A stretch of 64,000 nucleotides of DNA from Chloroflexota bacterium (lineage in GTDB: Bacteria; Chloroflexota; Limnocylindria; Limnocylindrales; CSP1-4). The position numbers and the translations under genes are program-made. This document shows, piece after piece, positions 14,504 through 25,406 of the stretch. The DNA lies in the NCBI GenBank assembly GCA_040752335.1, contig JBFMEV010000001.1, forward strand, positions 31,245 through 95,244. The letters run 5' to 3'. The notes under the pieces are model-generated. The model saw nothing but the letters and a program-made list of their open reading frames with translations. It was not told the origin of the DNA and searched no databases. Positions within the stretch are counted from its first letter, which is position 1. Each line of letters begins with the position of its first letter.

Positions 14504-17298
14504 CCCTGCCGTCCGGCTGCCTCGTGGACCGCCGCCTCGATGGCGGCCATCGCCGCCCCGAGCCCGTCGCGACGAGATCCCTTGCCCTGGGCCATCTCGG
14601 GGCGACCGCCGCCCTTGCCGTCGACGGCCGGCATGGCAGCGCGCACCAGGTCTCCGGCCGCGATGCCGCGCTCGACGAGGTCGCTCGACACGGTCACGAA
14701 GAGCTGCGGCTCGTCGGCCTCGAGGCCCAGCGCCACGACGCCGCTCCCGAGCGCCGCGGAGACGTCCTTCGCGACGCGCTTGAGCACGTCCATCGATTCG
14801 AACGGGGCGGCGAGGGCGGCGAGGCGGATGCCCGGGGCGAGCTCCGTGGCCCGGGCGGCGATCTCGCCGGGCTTCGGAATGCCGCCGTCGCCCGCGCCGG
14901 CCTTCAGCCGGCGCTTCGTGTCGCGAAGCTCGTCCTGCAGGGCGGCGACGCGCCCCGGCACCTGCTCGACGGTCTGCGCGGCCAGCGACGAGAGGAGGCC
15001 CTCGAGGACCTCCGAGCGGATCCGGAGATGGGTGTCCGCCCCGGCGCCGGTCAGGGCCTCGATGCGGCGCATCCCCGACCCGATGCTCCGATCCGAGGTG
15101 ATGACGAAGGAGCCCACCTGCCCTGACGCACGGCAGTGCGTCCCGCCGCACAGCTCGAAGCTGTAGTTCTGGACCCGGATCGTGCGGACGGTCTCGCCGT
15201 ACTTCTCGTCGAAGAAGGCGTCCGCGCCGGCATCGATGGCGGCCTGCATGCCCATGAACGCGATGGAGACGGGCCGATCCTCCCGGATGATGCGCCGGAC
15301 CTCGTCCTCGATCGCCCGGCGCTCGTCGTCGGTCAGGGCTCGGTCGAAGGGGTAATCGAAGCGGAGGTAGTCGGGCGTCACGAGCGAGCCGGCCTGGCGG
15401 GCCCGGTCGCCGACGACGTTCCGGAGCGCCCGATGGAGGAGGTGCGTGCCGGTGTGGTTGCGCATCGTGTCGGCCCGCCGCTCGGCGTCGACCTCGGCCG
15501 CGACCGCCTGCCCGACGACCAGCTTTCCGCGAAGCCGGCCGCGGAGGACATGGAGGCCGCCCACGGGCTTCTGCGTATCTTCGACTTCGAAGACGACGGC
15601 GCCGCCCGCGTCGCGGAGGACCCCCCGATCGCCGATCTGGCCGCCGCCCTCGGCGTAGAAGGGCGTCCGATCGAGGATCACCTCGGCCCCGGCGCCGGCC
15701 TCCGTCCGGAGCTCCGCGTCGGCTTTCGCCTCGAGGGTCTCGTATTCGAGGCCGTCGCGAAGGATCGCGAGGACCCGGGCATCCGGCACGGACGTGGTCT
15801 CGTAGCCAAGGAACGCCGAGTCGCCGGCACGGCCCTGGATCGACTGGTAGAGCGAGGCGAGCTCGGCGTGGCGGGCGAGCTCGGCCTTCTTGCCGGAGCG
15901 CGAGCGCGCACGCTGCTCGGCGAGCGCCCGCTCAAAGCCCTCGCGATCGACGCCGACCCCGTACTCGGCCGCGAGCTCGACCGTCAGGTCGATCGGGAAG
16001 CCGAACGTGTCGTGGAGCTTGAAGGCGACCTCGCCGGGCAGCTTCGGCGCGTCGGACGGCAGCTCCTCCGGGCGCAACCCGACCGTCCGCTCGTTCGAGG
16101 TCAGAGGGATGAGCGCCTCCTCGAGGATGTCCGTCCCGGCCTCGAGGGTGCGAGCGAACTGCCGCTCCTCGAATCCGATCACATCCTGGATCTCTCGTTG
16201 CTTGGCGTGAAGGTGCGGATACGCCTCGGCCATCAACTTGATGACCTCGTAGGACAGCTCCGCGAGGAAGGGCTTCGTGTACCCCAGAAGTCGCGCGTGG
16301 CGCACGGCTCGGCGAACGATTCGTCGCATGACGTAGCCACGGCCCTCGTTCGATGGCCGCACGTCGTCACCGGCCAGGAACGTTACGGCTCGCACGTGGT
16401 CGGCGATGACCTGGTAGCTGAAGCGCTCGGCCTCGAACGCCTCGGGGTCGTGGCCGAGAAGCTCCCGGAGGCGGTCGTGGATCGGGGTGAAGAGATCGGT
16501 GTCGTAGTTCGACGGGACCTGCTGGATGACGCTGGCCAGGCGCTCGAGGCCCATCCCGGTGTCGACCCCGGGCGCCGGCAGGGGTGTGAGGCTCCGGTCC
16601 GGGTGGAGCTCGTACTGCATGAACACGAGGTTCCAGATCTCGAGCCAGCGGGGGCAGTGCTCGGAGTGGTCGGGGATGCAGAAGTCACCCTCGCTGAACT
16701 CCGCGCCGCGGTCGTAGTGGATCTCCGAGCACGGCCCGCACGGACCGATGTCGGCCATCCGCCACCAGTTCTTCTCGTCGCCGTTGGGGAAGTCGCCCCA
16801 GCGCGCGATCCGTTCCGGCGGCAGCCCGATGTCGTCGCGCCACAGGCCGTAGGCGTCGTCGTCAGTGGTGTAGACGGTCGCCGCGAGGCGTTCGCCGGGG
16901 ATGCCCAGGTCGCGGGTCAGGAAGTCCCAGGCATAGCGGATGGCCTCGCGCTTGAAGTAATCGCCGAAGCTGAAGTTGCCGAGCATCTCGAAGAGGGTGT
17001 GGTGGCGCGGCGTCCGACCGACCTCCTCGAAGTCGTTGTGCTTGCCGGCGACCCGGAGGCAGCGCTGGTAGTCGACCGCCCGGTTGTAGCTCCGCTGCTC
17101 GGCGCCGGTGAGGGCGTCCTTGAACTGGACCATGCCGGAGTTCGTGAAGAGCAGCGTCTGGTCGCCGGCAGGCACGAGGCCGGCGCTCGGCACGATCGTG
17201 TGACCGCGCTCCGCGAAGAACTCGACGAAGCGGCGGCGGATCTTGGCGGCGGGCAGCGGCACGATCCGGGGATCGCGCTCGAAGGTGGGGATCGCCAT
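14500..17298 (-). CDS. alaS: alanine--tRNA ligase
   Basis: The sequence contains IRRRFVEFFAERGHTIVPSAGLVP..LLFTNSGMVQFK, WRMADIGPCGPCSEIHYD, an HTGTHLLH editing motif and a C-terminal DHHA1 region. I start it at ATG 17298 (MAIPTFERD). Confidence 0.97.
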   Translation of the reverse strand: MAIPTFERDPRIVPLPAAKIRRRFVEFFAERGHTIVPSAGLVPAGDQTLLFTNSGMVQFKDALTGAEQRSYNRAVDYQRCLRVAGKHNDFEEVGRTPRHHTLFEMLGNFSFGDYFKREAIRYAWDFLTRDLGIPGERLAATVYTTDDDAYGLWRDDIGLPPERIARWGDFPNGDEKNWWRMADIGPCGPCSEIHYDRGAEFSEGDFCIPDHSEHCPRWLEIWNLVFMQYELHPDRSLTPLPAPGVDTGMGLERLASVIQQVPSNYDTDLFTPIHDRLRELLGHDPEAFEAERFSYQVIADHVRAVTFLAGDDVRPSNEGRGYVMRRIVRRAVRHARLLGYTKPFLAELSYEVIKLMAEAYPHLHAKQREIQDVIGFEERQFARTLEAGTDILEEALIPLTSNERTVGLRPEELPSDAPKLPGEVAFKLHDTFGFPIDLTVELAAEYGVGVDREGFERALAEQRARSRSGKKAELARHAELASLYQSIQGRAGDSAFLGYETTSVPDARVLAILRDGLEYETLEAKADAELRTEAGAGAEVILDRTPFYAEGGGQIGDRGVLRDAGGAVVFEVEDTQKPVGGLHVLRGRLRGKLVVGQAVAAEVDAERRADTMRNHTGTHLLHRALRNVVGDRARQAGSLVTPDYLRFDYPFDRALTDDERRAIEDEVRRIIREDRPVSIAFMGMQAAIDAGADAFFDEKYGETVRTIRVQNYSFELCGGTHCRASGQVGSFVITSDRSIGSGMRRIEALTGAGADTHLRIRSEVLEGLLSSLAAQTVEQVPGRVAALQDELRDTKRRLKAGAGDGGIPKPGEIAARATELAPGIRLAALAAPFESMDVLKRVAKDVSAALGSGVVALGLEADEPQLFVTVSSDLVERGIAAGDLVRAAMPAVDGKGGGRPEMAQGKGSRRDGLGAAMAAIEAAVHEAAGRQG

Positions 17299-17306
17299 CG
17301 GCCGCA

Positions 17307-17312
17307 ATGGTA
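17307..17312 (-). promoter_or_regulatory. -10-like hexamer TACCAT, 8 nt upstream of the alaS ATG
   Basis: The minus strand reads ggcTACCATtgcggccgATG. Confidence 0.35.
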
Positions 17313-17358
17313 GCCGAGGCAGCCTCCCCAACCGGTCAGCCGGCGCGCGATTCGGGGC

Positions 17359-17571
17359 CTAGGACTCCGGGTCCGTCAGCTCGCGGCGGATCCGGCCTCG
17401 GACGCGGCGGCGCTGCCAGATCGTGGAACCGGCGATCGCGGCCCCGACGAGGGCGCCGATCGTCAGGCCTCGGACAAACCGCGATGAACCGAGGCCGTCG
17501 GCGGCTCCCGGCTCGGCTCGTACCGCGCCGGCCGCCCGCTCGAGCGTGGAGAGGGCTCGCTTGAGGGTCAT
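17359..17571 (-). CDS. hypothetical small membrane protein (70 aa)
   Basis: The product is MTLKRALSTLERAAGAVRAEP..FVRGLTIGALVGAAIAGSTIWQRRRVRGR. GC3 is high, and the ATG lies 1 nt after the stop of the preceding ORF. Confidence 0.5.
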   Translation of the reverse strand: MTLKRALSTLERAAGAVRAEPGAADGLGSSRFVRGLTIGALVGAAIAGSTIWQRRRVRGRIRRELTDPES

Positions 17572-17572
17572 C

Positions 17573-17896
17573 TCACGGACCAGTATCGCGCCTTCCGAGA
17601 TCACCGTGGGCGTCCGGTGCAGCCGCCGGTTCGCGCTGGCCGAGGACGGCCACGATCGCGACGACGACGATCCCGACCCAGGCCACGATCGATGCGCCGA
17701 TGAGGTGGAAGTCGCCGATCCTGAGCGGATCGCCGCCGAGACGCCCGGCGAGCCCGTCCCCGGCCCACGCACCGAGGAAGGCGGCGAGCACCAGGATCGG
17801 CACGCGCTGTTCCGCCCGGCCCCGGATGAGGACGTAGATCGAGACGTGGAAGAGGCCCACGAGGAGGGCGAGGACCGGCGCCGGCCCCAGGGTCAC
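17573..17896 (-). CDS. hypothetical small membrane protein (107 aa, about 3 TM)
   Basis: The product is [65 protein letters not shown]3 is high, and its GTG overlaps the mnmA stop (GTGA at 17893-17896). Confidence 0.55.
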   Translation of the reverse strand: MTLGPAPVLALLVGLFHVSIYVLIRGRAEQRVPILVLAAFLGAWAGDGLAGRLGGDPLRIGDFHLIGASIVAWVGIVVVAIVAVLGQREPAAAPDAHGDLGRRDTGP

Positions 17897-19068
17897 GCGG
17901 CACCCATCGCCGCCGCCTCGATCGCAGCGGGGGCCGTGGGCCGGGCGATTCGGCCGCCACCCAGACAGGTCTGGCCGTCGTACAGGACCGCGGCCTGGCC
18001 CGGGGCGATCGCCCACACCGGCGTGTCGGTCTCGATCGTCCAGCGGCCCGCTCCGGCCTGGCGAACGGACGCCGGGATGGGCTCGCCCCGGTGCCGAATC
18101 CGGACGGCAGCCCGGAAGCCGTCGAGTGCCGGTGGCCCGTCGTCGACGAAGCGGACGTCCTCGACTTCGAAGGTCCGGGTCTCGAGGTCCTCGCGCCGGC
18201 CGAGCGTGATCGTGTTCGTCACGGGGTCGACCCGCGACACGTAGCGCGGCACCCCGAGAGCGATCCCCAGCCCCTGACGCTGTCCCGGGGTGTAGCCGGC
18301 CGCGCCGCCGTGCTCCCCCACCCTGGTCCCGTCCGCGTCGAGGATCGGCCCCGGCTCGGGCGCCCAGCCGCCGCGGTCGCGGAGGGCGCCGCGGACATCG
18401 CCATCGGGGATGAAGCAGATGCCCTGGCTCTCGGGCTTGTCGGCGGTCACGAGACCCAGGTCGCGGGCGACCGCGCGGACCTGGGGCTTGGTGAGCTCTC
18501 CGAGCGGGAACCGCGCGTCGCGGAGCTGGGCCTGGCTCAGGCCATACAGGAAGTACGTCTGGTCCTTCTCGGCGTCCCGGGCAGCGACCAGGCGGACGCG
18601 CCCGTCGGCCCCGACCACCCGCCGGGCGTAGTGACCGGTCGCGACGGCCTCGCAGTCGTAGAGGTGGCGGGCCCGCCCCAGGAGCGCCCCGAACTTCACG
18701 GCCGTGTTGCAGTCGATGCACGGGCTTGGTGTCGCCCCGCCAAGGTACGAGCCGAGGAACGGCGACAGGACCCCATCCTCGAACTCCCGCTCGAGGTTCA
18801 TGACATAGAACGGGATACCGAGCTGGGCGGCGACCCGTCGGGCATCCTCGGCTGCATCGAGCGAGCAACAGCTCTTGCGGAACTCGGAGACGGAGTCGGC
18901 AACGTCGTGGAGCCGCATCCACACGCCGACGACCTCGTGGCCGGCACGGGCCACGAGCGCGGCCGCGACCGACGAGTCCACGCCGCCCGACATCGCGACG
19001 AGGACGCGACCCGGAACCCCCTCCGGGCGACCGGCGGTCTCGCGGCCGCCCATCCCGTGACCGCTCAC
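17893..19068 (-). CDS. mnmA: tRNA-specific 2-thiouridylase
   Basis: The sequence contains [18 protein letters not shown] (PP-loop), [20 protein letters not shown] and ATGHYAR. Confidence 0.95.
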   Translation of the reverse strand: MSGHGMGGRETAGRPEGVPGRVLVAMSGGVDSSVAAALVARAGHEVVGVWMRLHDVADSVSEFRKSCCSLDAAEDARRVAAQLGIPFYVMNLEREFEDGVLSPFLGSYLGGATPSPCIDCNTAVKFGALLGRARHLYDCEAVATGHYARRVVGADGRVRLVAARDAEKDQTYFLYGLSQAQLRDARFPLGELTKPQVRAVARDLGLVTADKPESQGICFIPDGDVRGALRDRGGWAPEPGPILDADGTRVGEHGGAAGYTPGQRQGLGIALGVPRYVSRVDPVTNTITLGRREDLETRTFEVEDVRFVDDGPPALDGFRAAVRIRHRGEPIPASVRQAGAGRWTIETDTPVWAIAPGQAAVLYDGQTCLGGGRIARPTAPAAIEAAAMGAA

Positions 19069-20300
19069 CCGGGGATCGGCGAGCCAGCCGCGGGGCTCAC
19101 CCCTGCGCCCGCCCCGGCGGCCGCCAGCGCCAGTCGCTCGGCCGCCATCTCCGCCGCGGCCGCGCGCGCTCCGGCCACCGTCCTCGGCACCACTGCGACC
19201 GCCTCGTCCAGCTCGGCATCGGTGGTGGTCCGGCCGAGCGAAAGACGCATCGCGCCGCGCGCTTCCTCCTCGGGATAGCCCATCGCCGTGAGGACGTGCG
19301 AGGGCTCCGCCGAGCCGGTGGTGCAGGCCGACCCCACGGACGCGGCCACGCCCTCGAGGTCCAGCTTCACGACGACCGACGCGCCCTCGACGTCGCGAAC
19401 GATGATCGAGACGAGGCCCGGCAACCGGTCGCGGGGGTGGCCGGTGAGCTCGACGCCGTCGAGAGCGGTGAGAGCCGAGGCCAGCCGGTCCCGGGCTCGG
19501 CGCAGCCGTCGAGCGGTGGCCTCCCGCTCGGCGACCGCGAGCTCGACGGCCACGCCCATCCCCACCGCACCGGCGACGTCCTCCGTGCCGGCCCGCCGGT
19601 GGCGCTCCTGGGTCCCGCCGTGCTGCTGGCCCAGGATGTGGGTGCCCGCCCGGATGTACAGCGCACCGACGCCCTTCGGACCCTCCAGCTTGTGGCCGGC
19701 GATCGCGACGAGGTCCGCGCCGAGGTCCCCGACGTCGACCCGCAGGTAGGGCGCGGAGGCGATCGCATCGACGGCCACCAGGCAGCCCTTCGGACCGCTT
19801 GCCCGGACCCGCCGAACGACCTCGACGACAGGCTGGATCGTCCCGACCTCGCTGTTGGCGTGGCCGATCGTGACGAGGATCGTCCGATCGGTGAGCGCCG
19901 CCTCGACGTCGGCCGGGTCAACCCGACCGTAGCGGTCGACGGGCAGCTCGACGACCTCGAAGCCGAACTTCTCGAGGTGCTGGAGCGGGTGGAGCACGGC
20001 GTGGTGCTCGACCCTCGTCGTGAGGATCCGGTGGCCCCGGGCCTTGCCGGCCCAGGCGGCGCCCTTGACGGCGAGGTTGAGGGCCTCGGTCCCGCCGCTC
20101 GTGATGACGATCTCGCGCGGCCCGCAGCCGAGGCCCGCCGCGATCCGCTCGTGGGCCTCGTCGAGCGCCGCCCGGGCGCGGCGACCCCAGGCGTGGGGCG
20201 AGCTGGGATTGCCGAACTCGGCGCCGAGGAACGGCAGCATGGCCTCGAGGGCCTCCGGCCGGAGCGGCGTCGTCGCGGCGTGGTCGAGGTAGATCGGCAT
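19065..20300 (-). CDS. cysteine desulfurase (class V aminotransferase, NifS/IscS-like)
   Basis: The sequence contains [48 protein letters not shown] and GSACTTGS. Confidence 0.95.
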   Translation of the reverse strand: MPIYLDHAATTPLRPEALEAMLPFLGAEFGNPSSPHAWGRRARAALDEAHERIAAGLGCGPREIVITSGGTEALNLAVKGAAWAGKARGHRILTTRVEHHAVLHPLQHLEKFGFEVVELPVDRYGRVDPADVEAALTDRTILVTIGHANSEVGTIQPVVEVVRRVRASGPKGCLVAVDAIASAPYLRVDVGDLGADLVAIAGHKLEGPKGVGALYIRAGTHILGQQHGGTQERHRRAGTEDVAGAVGMGVAVELAVAEREATARRLRRARDRLASALTALDGVELTGHPRDRLPGLVSIIVRDVEGASVVVKLDLEGVAASVGSACTTGSAEPSHVLTAMGYPEEEARGAMRLSLGRTTTDAELDEAVAVVPRTVAGARAAAAEMAAERLALAAAGAGAGVSPAAGSPIPG

Positions 20301-20307
20301 CGGCTCG

Positions 20308-20313
20308 ATTGTA
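20308..20313 (-). promoter_or_regulatory. -10-like hexamer TACAAT, 7 nt upstream of ATG 20300
   Basis: The minus strand reads gcatcTACAATcgagccgATG. Confidence 0.4.
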
Positions 20314-20339
20314 GATGCCGTCCGGTCGGCGGCCGCGTG

Positions 20340-21485
20340 TCAGGCGGTCCGGGCCTCCGTGACGGCGCCCTCGAGACCCTCGCCGACCGGTCGGCGCTGC
20401 CACCAGCTGCTTTCGAGCTTGACCGCGTAACGCGACAGGTAGCTTGTGGCCACGACGGCAGCGGCCATGGCCATCAGGACGGGTCCGAGATCGAGGTCCC
20501 GGAATCCGACGAGCCCGACCCCCCAGCCGACGATGATCCAGTGGCTGAAGTACATCGCGATCGCCCGGCGGCTCCAGCCGTAGACGACGCCGAGCCGGCG
20601 GTCGATCGCGGGTCGCCGGGTGATGAGGTCGCAGGCCGCCAGCCAGACGAGGATGATCCCGAAGATCGCCACGGCGAACGAGGCCGGCTGGTGCCAGTAG
20701 GTGTAGACGTCGAAGCCCGGCCGCTGGACGACGATGAGTCCGAGCCCCACCGCGATCAGGCCGCTGCCCAGGATCGCGCCGCGTCGGAAGACGGCCGTGG
20801 GGTCGGCTGCCCGGGCGATCATTCGACCGAGGACCGCACCCCCGAGCGGGTATGCGAGCCACGGCACGACCGCGTAGTAGACGTTCGGTGCCGAGCCCAC
20901 GAAGGGCGTCAGCGGCGCGTCGAGGATCGGCGCGCCAACGGCGACCGTTCGCAGCCACGGCGCGACGAGGACGAGCGCGCCCGCCAGCCCGATCCAGATC
21001 CAGCCGGGCTCGAACCTGACCCGGAGAGCGGCGATGGCCACGAGCGACAGCCCGACCATGTGATGGAGGTCGACCGTCGTGCCGAGCCACCACAGCGTGT
21101 AGGGGTAGACCTCCTCGGCGGTGACGACCCCGCTCACCAGGGCCAGTGACGCCGGGATGACGCCCCGCAGGAAGTTCAGGACGTAGCCGAGGAACACCAG
21201 CCACAGCCCGCGGGCGGCGAGGCTCCGGAAACCGGATCGGGGCGCGGCCCCCAGCGACGCCCCCATCAGGAAGACGAACACCGGTGCGGCTGTCGGCCCG
21301 GCGGCGAAGCTGATGGCCTCCCCGATCGGAGTCGTCCAGGTCGGCGGTGCACCCCAGTGCCACAGGACGTGAACAAGGATCATGAAGAAGACGGCCAGGC
21401 CGATGGCGAGGTCGAAGGCCCTGACTCGACCACGATCGACGATACCGGTCACGGCGTTGAACGCGACCGGCCGGGACGACTCCAT
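20340..21485 (-). CDS. polytopic membrane protein, acyltransferase-3 / DUF1624-like
   Basis: The product has about 10 hydrophobic helices. Its N-terminus, RVRAFDLAIGLAVFFMILVHV, is typical of heparan-alpha-glucosaminide N-acetyltransferase-like/OpgC-type proteins. I chose ATG 21485 (MESSRPV) as the start because a TAGAGT hexamer lies 8 nt upstream. Confidence 0.65.
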   Translation of the reverse strand: MESSRPVAFNAVTGIVDRGRVRAFDLAIGLAVFFMILVHVLWHWGAPPTWTTPIGEAISFAAGPTAAPVFVFLMGASLGAAPRSGFRSLAARGLWLVFLGYVLNFLRGVIPASLALVSGVVTAEEVYPYTLWWLGTTVDLHHMVGLSLVAIAALRVRFEPGWIWIGLAGALVLVAPWLRTVAVGAPILDAPLTPFVGSAPNVYYAVVPWLAYPLGGAVLGRMIARAADPTAVFRRGAILGSGLIAVGLGLIVVQRPGFDVYTYWHQPASFAVAIFGIILVWLAACDLITRRPAIDRRLGVVYGWSRRAIAMYFSHWIIVGWGVGLVGFRDLDLGPVLMAMAAAVVATSYLSRYAVKLESSWWQRRPVGEGLEGAVTEARTA

Positions 21486-21493
21486 GGACCGCC

Positions 21494-21499
21494 ACTCTA
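21494..21499 (-). promoter_or_regulatory. -10-like hexamer TAGAGT, 8 nt upstream of ATG 21485
   Basis: The minus strand reads ggggTAGAGTggcggtccATG. Confidence 0.4.
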
Positions 21500-21589
21500 C
21501 CCCGTCGATTCTGGTTGGCGCGGTGCCGCTCGGCACCACGAGCCCGGGAATCGCGGCATCGAGTCCCCTCGCCGGCCCGAATCGGGTGC

Positions 21590-21595
21590 TAGGCT
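21590..21595 (+). promoter_or_regulatory. extended -10-like TGCTAGGCT, 6 nt upstream of GTG 21602
   Basis: The plus strand reads gggTGCTAGGCTcccgccGTG. It is divergent from the promoter element at 21494-21499. Confidence 0.4.
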
Positions 21596-21601
21596 CCCGC
21601 C

Positions 21602-22066
21602 GTGCACCGCAACGTCCCGGGGGCGTTCGGGAGGCTCCGGCCGCAACGATGGCTGCCGCGGGTCATCGCCCTCGGCCTCGCCATCGTCATCGTCGGCGCC
21701 TGCGGCACGGCCCCCGGCCAGGCGAAATTCTCGCTCGCCATCCGCAACGCCGGCGACCTGCCGGTCCGCCTGAAGGTCATCATCGAGAGCGAGGGCGCGC
21801 CGCGCCAGGACCTCCTCATCCCCGCCAGGAGCGGCATCCTCCAGACCGTCGAACGCGCGATGGACGTCAAGGACGGCAAGCCGGTGCCGGTCGTCGTCGA
21901 GCTCTACACCGACACCTGCGCGCTCCTGACAACCGTCAGCGTCGGCGAAGGCCGGACCCGGATCGACATCGGTCCTGACCTCGTGATGACGGCCTCGGGT
22001 GGCGCGTCCGGCAGCTCCGGCGCGGTCGAGCCCGATCTCGTCCCGGCCTGCTCGCCCGGCTCCTGA
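21602..22066 (+). CDS. hypothetical lipoprotein
   Basis: The signal peptide carries a lipobox (RVIALGLAIVIVGAC). The mature part has no recognisable family. Confidence 0.65.
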   Translation: MHRNVPGAFGRLRPQRWLPRVIALGLAIVIVGACGTAPGQAKFSLAIRNAGDLPVRLKVIIESEGAPRQDLLIPARSGILQTVERAMDVKDGKPVPVVVELYTDTCALLTTVSVGEGRTRIDIGPDLVMTASGGASGSSGAVEPDLVPACSPGS

Positions 22067-22073
22067 GGCGCGG

Positions 22074-24041
22074 CTACGCCTCGGCCCTGCTCCGGTCGTA
22101 TTCGCGGCCGCGCTCGCGCTCCCGCTCGTGCTTGGCGAGGAGCCGCTTCCGCAGCCGGATCGACGCCGGGGTCACCTCCACGAGCTCGTCGGCGCCGATG
22201 AGCTCGATCGCCGACTCCAGGGTCAGTGGCCGGGGCGGAGTGAGGCGGAGGGCCTCGTCGTGGGCGTGGGTCCGGATGTTGGTGAGCTTCTTCTCCTTCG
22301 TGGGGTTGACGTCCATGTCGCCCGAGCGGGCGTTCTCGCCGACGATCATCCCCTCGTAGACCTCGATCCCGGCGCCGATGAACAGCTCCGAACGCTCCTG
22401 GAGGTTGAAGAGCGCGTAGGCGTTCGAGGTCCCCGAGCGATCAGCCACGAGGACGCCGGCGGTCCGGTGGGTGACCTCGCCGGCCCACGGGCCGTAGCCC
22501 TCGCCGATCTGGTGAAGGAGGGCCGTACCGCGGGTGTCGGTGAGGAGCTGGCCGCGGTAGCCGATGAGGCCCCGAACGGGCAGGACGAACTCCATCCTGA
22601 CCCGTCCGTCGGCGTCTGTCGTCATCTGCTCGAGCCGGCCCTTGCGCCCCGCGAGCGCCGCCTGGACCTCGCCGATGTAGTCGGGCGGGATGTCGATCGT
22701 GATCCGCTCGTAGGGCTCCTGGACCGCCCCCTCGATCTCGCGGAGGATGACCTCGGGCCGCGAGACCGTGAGCTCGAAGCCCTCCCGTCGCATCTGCTCG
22801 ATGAGGACGGCCAGCTGGAGCTCACCGCGGCCGCGGACCTCGAACGTGTCGCCCGACTCGGTCGGGTAGACCTCGATCGAGACGTTGCCGAGGACCTCCC
22901 GGTCGAGCCGGGCCTTGATCTGGCGCGAGGTGACGTACTTCCCCTCCCGGCCGGCCAGCGGCGAGGTGTTGACCCCGAACGTCATCCGGAGGGTCGGGGC
23001 GTCGACGTCGAGGCGCGGCAGCGGCCGCGGGTCGGCAGGGTCGGTGAGCGTGTCGCCGATGGTCACGTCCGGGAGGCCGGCCACCGCCACGATGTCCCCG
23101 GCCGAGGCCTCGGCGATGTCGATCCGCTCGATGCCGTGGGCGGTCTGGAGGCTGGTGACCGTACCGCCGAGCGTGACGGTCCGCCCCGGCTCCACGGCGC
23201 CCGACGTGTCATCCGCCTCCTCGCGCACGACGACGATCCGCTGGCCGACCCGGATCGAGCCGTTCCGGATCCGGCCGACGGCCATCCGGCCGACGTAGTC
23301 GTTGGCTGAGAGGTTCGTGACCAGCAGCTGGAGGGGGTGGTGGGCCTCGAAGCGGGGCGGCGGGGTGACGGTCACGAGGAGGTCGAGGAGCGGCCGCAGG
23401 TCCGTCCCCGGCCGGGCGAGATCGAGCGTCGCGGTGCCGGCCTTGGCGTTGGTGTAGACGACCGGGAAGTCGATCTGGTCGTCGTCGGCGCCGAGGTTGA
23501 TGAACAGCTCGTAGACCTCGTCGAGAACCTCCGCCGGGCGGGCGTCGGCGCGGTCGATCTTGTTGAGGGCCACCACGACCGGAAGTCGCCGGGCCATCGC
23601 CTTCTGGAGGACGTAGCGGGTCTGGGGCAGCGGGCCCTCGGCGGCGTCGACCAGGAGGAGGACGCTGTCAACCATGAGGAGCGAGCGCTCGACCTCGCCG
23701 CCGAAGTCGGCGTGGCCGGGGGTGTCCACGATGTTCAGCCGGACGCCGTCGTGGTCGACGGTCGTCTGCTTGGCCAGGATCGTGATGCCCTTCTCGCGCT
23801 CCAGGTCCATCGAATCGAGGACCCGGTCCACGACGGCCTCGTTGGCGCGGAACGTGCCGGTCTGGCGGAGCATCGCGTCGACAAGGGTCGTCTTGCCGTG
23901 GTCGACGTGGGCCACGATCGCGAGGTTGCGCAGGTCGTCGCGGGCGACGCTGCCAGGGGCGTGGGCCGCGTCGGGCACGCCGGCATCGGGCATCGCGACA
24001 TCGATGGCGCCGGGCAGCGTGGACCGGATGGGATCGACCAT
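22074..24041 (-). CDS. typA: translational GTPase TypA/BipA
   Basis: The sequence contains [51 protein letters not shown] and NKIDR, followed by EF-G-like domains. Confidence 0.95.
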   Translation of the reverse strand: MVDPIRSTLPGAIDVAMPDAGVPDAAHAPGSVARDDLRNLAIVAHVDHGKTTLVDAMLRQTGTFRANEAVVDRVLDSMDLEREKGITILAKQTTVDHDGVRLNIVDTPGHADFGGEVERSLLMVDSVLLLVDAAEGPLPQTRYVLQKAMARRLPVVVALNKIDRADARPAEVLDEVYELFINLGADDDQIDFPVVYTNAKAGTATLDLARPGTDLRPLLDLLVTVTPPPRFEAHHPLQLLVTNLSANDYVGRMAVGRIRNGSIRVGQRIVVVREEADDTSGAVEPGRTVTLGGTVTSLQTAHGIERIDIAEASAGDIVAVAGLPDVTIGDTLTDPADPRPLPRLDVDAPTLRMTFGVNTSPLAGREGKYVTSRQIKARLDREVLGNVSIEVYPTESGDTFEVRGRGELQLAVLIEQMRREGFELTVSRPEVILREIEGAVQEPYERITIDIPPDYIGEVQAALAGRKGRLEQMTTDADGRVRMEFVLPVRGLIGYRGQLLTDTRGTALLHQIGEGYGPWAGEVTHRTAGVLVADRSGTSNAYALFNLQERSELFIGAGIEVYEGMIVGENARSGDMDVNPTKEKKLTNIRTHAHDEALRLTPPRPLTLESAIELIGADELVEVTPASIRLRKRLLAKHERERERGREYDRSRAEA

Positions 24042-24127
24042 GGGGCTGCGGATTGTCGCACATGGTCCGTCGCGCGGGCCGGCGCAGGGTGAGTCCTGGC
24101 CCCGGACTCCGGCCCGAGGCGGGCGGG

Positions 24128-24568
24128 TCAGGCCGGGGCGCCGACCTCGTGATTGGCCAGGAGCTCGCGGGCGCGGGCGTCGTCGTCGGTGGTGATCGCG
24201 AGGTGGACCATGCCGTCTCGGCGACCGACGATGAGGAGCCCGTTGATCAGGATGCCCGCCAGCCCGAGACGGTCGGCGACCTCGGCCAGGGCACCCGGTC
24301 GATCCTCGACCTCGACCGTGAACGGCGTCCCCTCCACGAACGACTGCCCGATCGAGCGGAGAACTGCTCGCGTCGCGTCGTCGTCCTCGGTCTCGACCAT
24401 CGCGTACCCCACGTTGCCCGCGCCGCCGGCGGCGCAGTGGGTGATGTTGATCCCGCGTTCGGCGAGGGCCCGCGCGAACCTCCCGAGGGAGCCCGGGCGA
24501 TTCTCGATCTGGACCACGAACTGCGTTCCCACGGCCGGATCCTCCTCGCCTGAGGATCGTCCGGTCAC
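24128..24568 (-). CDS. tandem ACT-domain protein
   Basis: There are two ACT-like repeats: [26 protein letters not shown] and [26 protein letters not shown]. Confidence 0.8.
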   Translation of the reverse strand: MTGRSSGEEDPAVGTQFVVQIENRPGSLGRFARALAERGINITHCAAGGAGNVGYAMVETEDDDATRAVLRSIGQSFVEGTPFTVEVEDRPGALAEVADRLGLAGILINGLLIVGRRDGMVHLAITTDDDARARELLANHEVGAPA

Positions 24569-24679
24569 GGCGATCTGGCCAGTGCCGATCGTCGTGTCGG
24601 GACCGCGCTCATTGGCAGCACCCGGCGCCGGCGGGTACGCCCCGATGACGGTCCCGCCGATTCGTCACGCCGGCCCTGC

Positions 24680-24685
24680 TAGCAT
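24680..24685 (+). promoter_or_regulatory. extended -10-like TGCTAGCAT, 7 nt upstream of GTG 24693
   Basis: The plus strand reads ccTGCTAGCATcggggccGTG. Confidence 0.4.
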
Positions 24686-24692
24686 CGGGGCC

Positions 24693-25400
24693 GTGACCGT
24701 TGCCGCCGTGATCCTCGCCACGTCCGCGGACTCCGCCCTGGCCGACGCAGCCGGCGTGTCCCGCGTCCGACGGATCGCGGACGCCGCCTGGGCCGGCGGG
24801 GCCATGCCGATCGTCGTCGTCGCTCCCGACCCGGACGGGGCGGTGGCCCTCTCCCTGGCGGGCGCGCCGGTGACCCTGGGGACGCCGGCCCCGCCCGAGG
24901 GCGGCCCGGTGGCCCAGATCGTCCGCGCGATCGAGCTCGCGATGGCCGAGATCAGCGGCACGGAGGCGGCCCTCGTCTGGCCGGCCCGCCTGTGCTGGGC
25001 CGGACCGGAGACTGTCACGTCGCTCATCGAGGCCCACGGCGTCGATCGCCAGACCGTCCTGCGGCCGGCCTACCGCGGCGAGGCCGGCTGGCCGGCCCTG
25101 CTGCCGGTCGGCGCCCTGGGCGCATTCCGGAACCTGTCGCCGAGCCTCATGCCCGGCGACCTCCTCCTGGCCCTGGCTGAAGGCGGTTCTGCGGCGGCCC
25201 GGACCATCGATCTCGGCGACCCGGGCACCGTCATCGACGGTGCCACGCCGCGCGACGAGCTGCCGCCGTACGACGGCCCCGCCGAGCCGGCCGCGCCGCA
25301 CGTCCACGAGTGGGGCGCCGCCGTCGCCGCCACGCCCGAAGAGGCACCGCTCACCGGCCCGGCCGTGGCTTCCTACGAGCGGACGGAGGTCACCGAGTAG
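24693..25400 (+). CDS. MobA-like NTP transferase family protein (nucleotidyltransferase fold)
   Basis: VTVAAVILATSADS gives the typical short N-terminus before the ILA.G/S nucleotide-binding strand. The sequence also contains MPIVVVAPDP. The start was refined from ORF 24153..25400 using the upstream -10 element, and ATG 24645 is an alternative. Confidence 0.65.
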   Translation: MTVAAVILATSADSALADAAGVSRVRRIADAAWAGGAMPIVVVAPDPDGAVALSLAGAPVTLGTPAPPEGGPVAQIVRAIELAMAEISGTEAALVWPARLCWAGPETVTSLIEAHGVDRQTVLRPAYRGEAGWPALLPVGALGAFRNLSPSLMPGDLLLALAEGGSAAARTIDLGDPGTVIDGATPRDELPPYDGPAEPAAPHVHEWGAAVAATPEEAPLTGPAVASYERTEVTE

Positions 25401-25406
25401 GGCCGT

